64,000 bases of DNA from assembly GCA_013265495.1 (NCBI GenBank), contig MU057701.1:434001-498000 (forward strand), written 5' to 3'. The DNA comes from Vicugna vicugna (lineage: Eukaryota). The translations under genes and the position numbers were made by a program. The notes beneath the pieces were generated by a model. It was not told the origin of the DNA, searched no databases, and saw only the letters and a list, made by a program, of their open reading frames with translations. Shown piece after piece: positions 63,071 to 64,000 of the stretch (position 1 is the first letter of the stretch; the number at the start of each line of letters is the position of its first letter).

Positions 63071-63280
<210 letters not shown>

Positions 63281-64000
63281 CTACAAGAGAGAAGGACAAA
63301 CTGGATTAAGATAGGATAAAATTTTAGACAATAAACATATTTTAAGGAAAGTTTAGAAAGTAACTCTTCATTCAAGAATATGCAGGGCTAAAATTCACTA
63401 TTAATACTTAGCAACTGCTGAGTTCCTGCAATAATATACTTATTTTACTGAGAACCCAGGGAATGATTAGAACGATCAGAGTCAGGGCTCAGCCAGAATC
63501 TCCCTGCAAACTTAATGCTGAGGGTTCTCCAATAGCCTGTTGCCAACAGCAGCTTGATCTATCTTTTACAACGTTTCCCCCTAAAAGGGGGAAAAACAGT
63601 TAGTTTGTTTCCAGAAATGCTGAGGTAGAATATATGCTTTGCCACTTGGCAACTACGTAGTCATGGACAAGACACTTTAATTCTCCTCCAGAAACAAGAG
63701 CTGGTAAACTAACCAAGGATCAAGGCTTCTAACCTTACCATTCCACGATTCTTCTTTTTCTTCTAAACTGTTAGGACTCCTTCTGGTGACAGAAATGGCT
63801 TTTCAGACCATTATAACCCACTTCACTTAACTCTTATCTCTTTGGTCTTGTACGTTTTACCAGCATGAAACCTGGACCTGAATACGATACTCCTCTAACA
63901 CGTCCTGGGACCTCTTCAGGTGAACTGCGAGTCCAGTCTCCCTCATGTCTTACTTCTACAGCTCTCTTCTGGGAACCTTGGCATATTTGTTATAGAAATA

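Overview
This is mammalian genomic DNA, most likely from a camelid (alpaca, llama or camel): it carries at least 11 copies of a tRNA-Ala-derived SINE resembling the camelid Vic-1 family. The only protein-coding exon I can support is the last coding exon of PSMD12 (26S proteasome lid subunit Rpn5; minus strand, 63071-63280), which the ORF track misses, followed by a 3' UTR of up to ~2.3 kb. A CpG island at ~16.2-18.8 kb drives a minus-strand gene with three short non-coding 5' exons (~16786-16870, 15419-15477, 11402-11458). By synteny with PSMD12 this is probably HELZ, with its coding exons left of the window. The rest is HELZ intron and ~44 kb of repeat-rich intergenic DNA: L1, L2, MIR, MaLR/ERVL LTRs, an ERV-L LTR plus gag remnant, hAT DNA transposons and microsatellites. 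I found no convincing new multi-gene system. The best leads are a leader packed with uORFs, with tandem donors and a possible microexon or recursive splice site; a small TSD-flanked retrocopy of an unidentified polyadenylated RNA; an ERV-L gag relic; and a strong CTCF motif. Gene and repeat-family names come from recalled similarity, not database searches.
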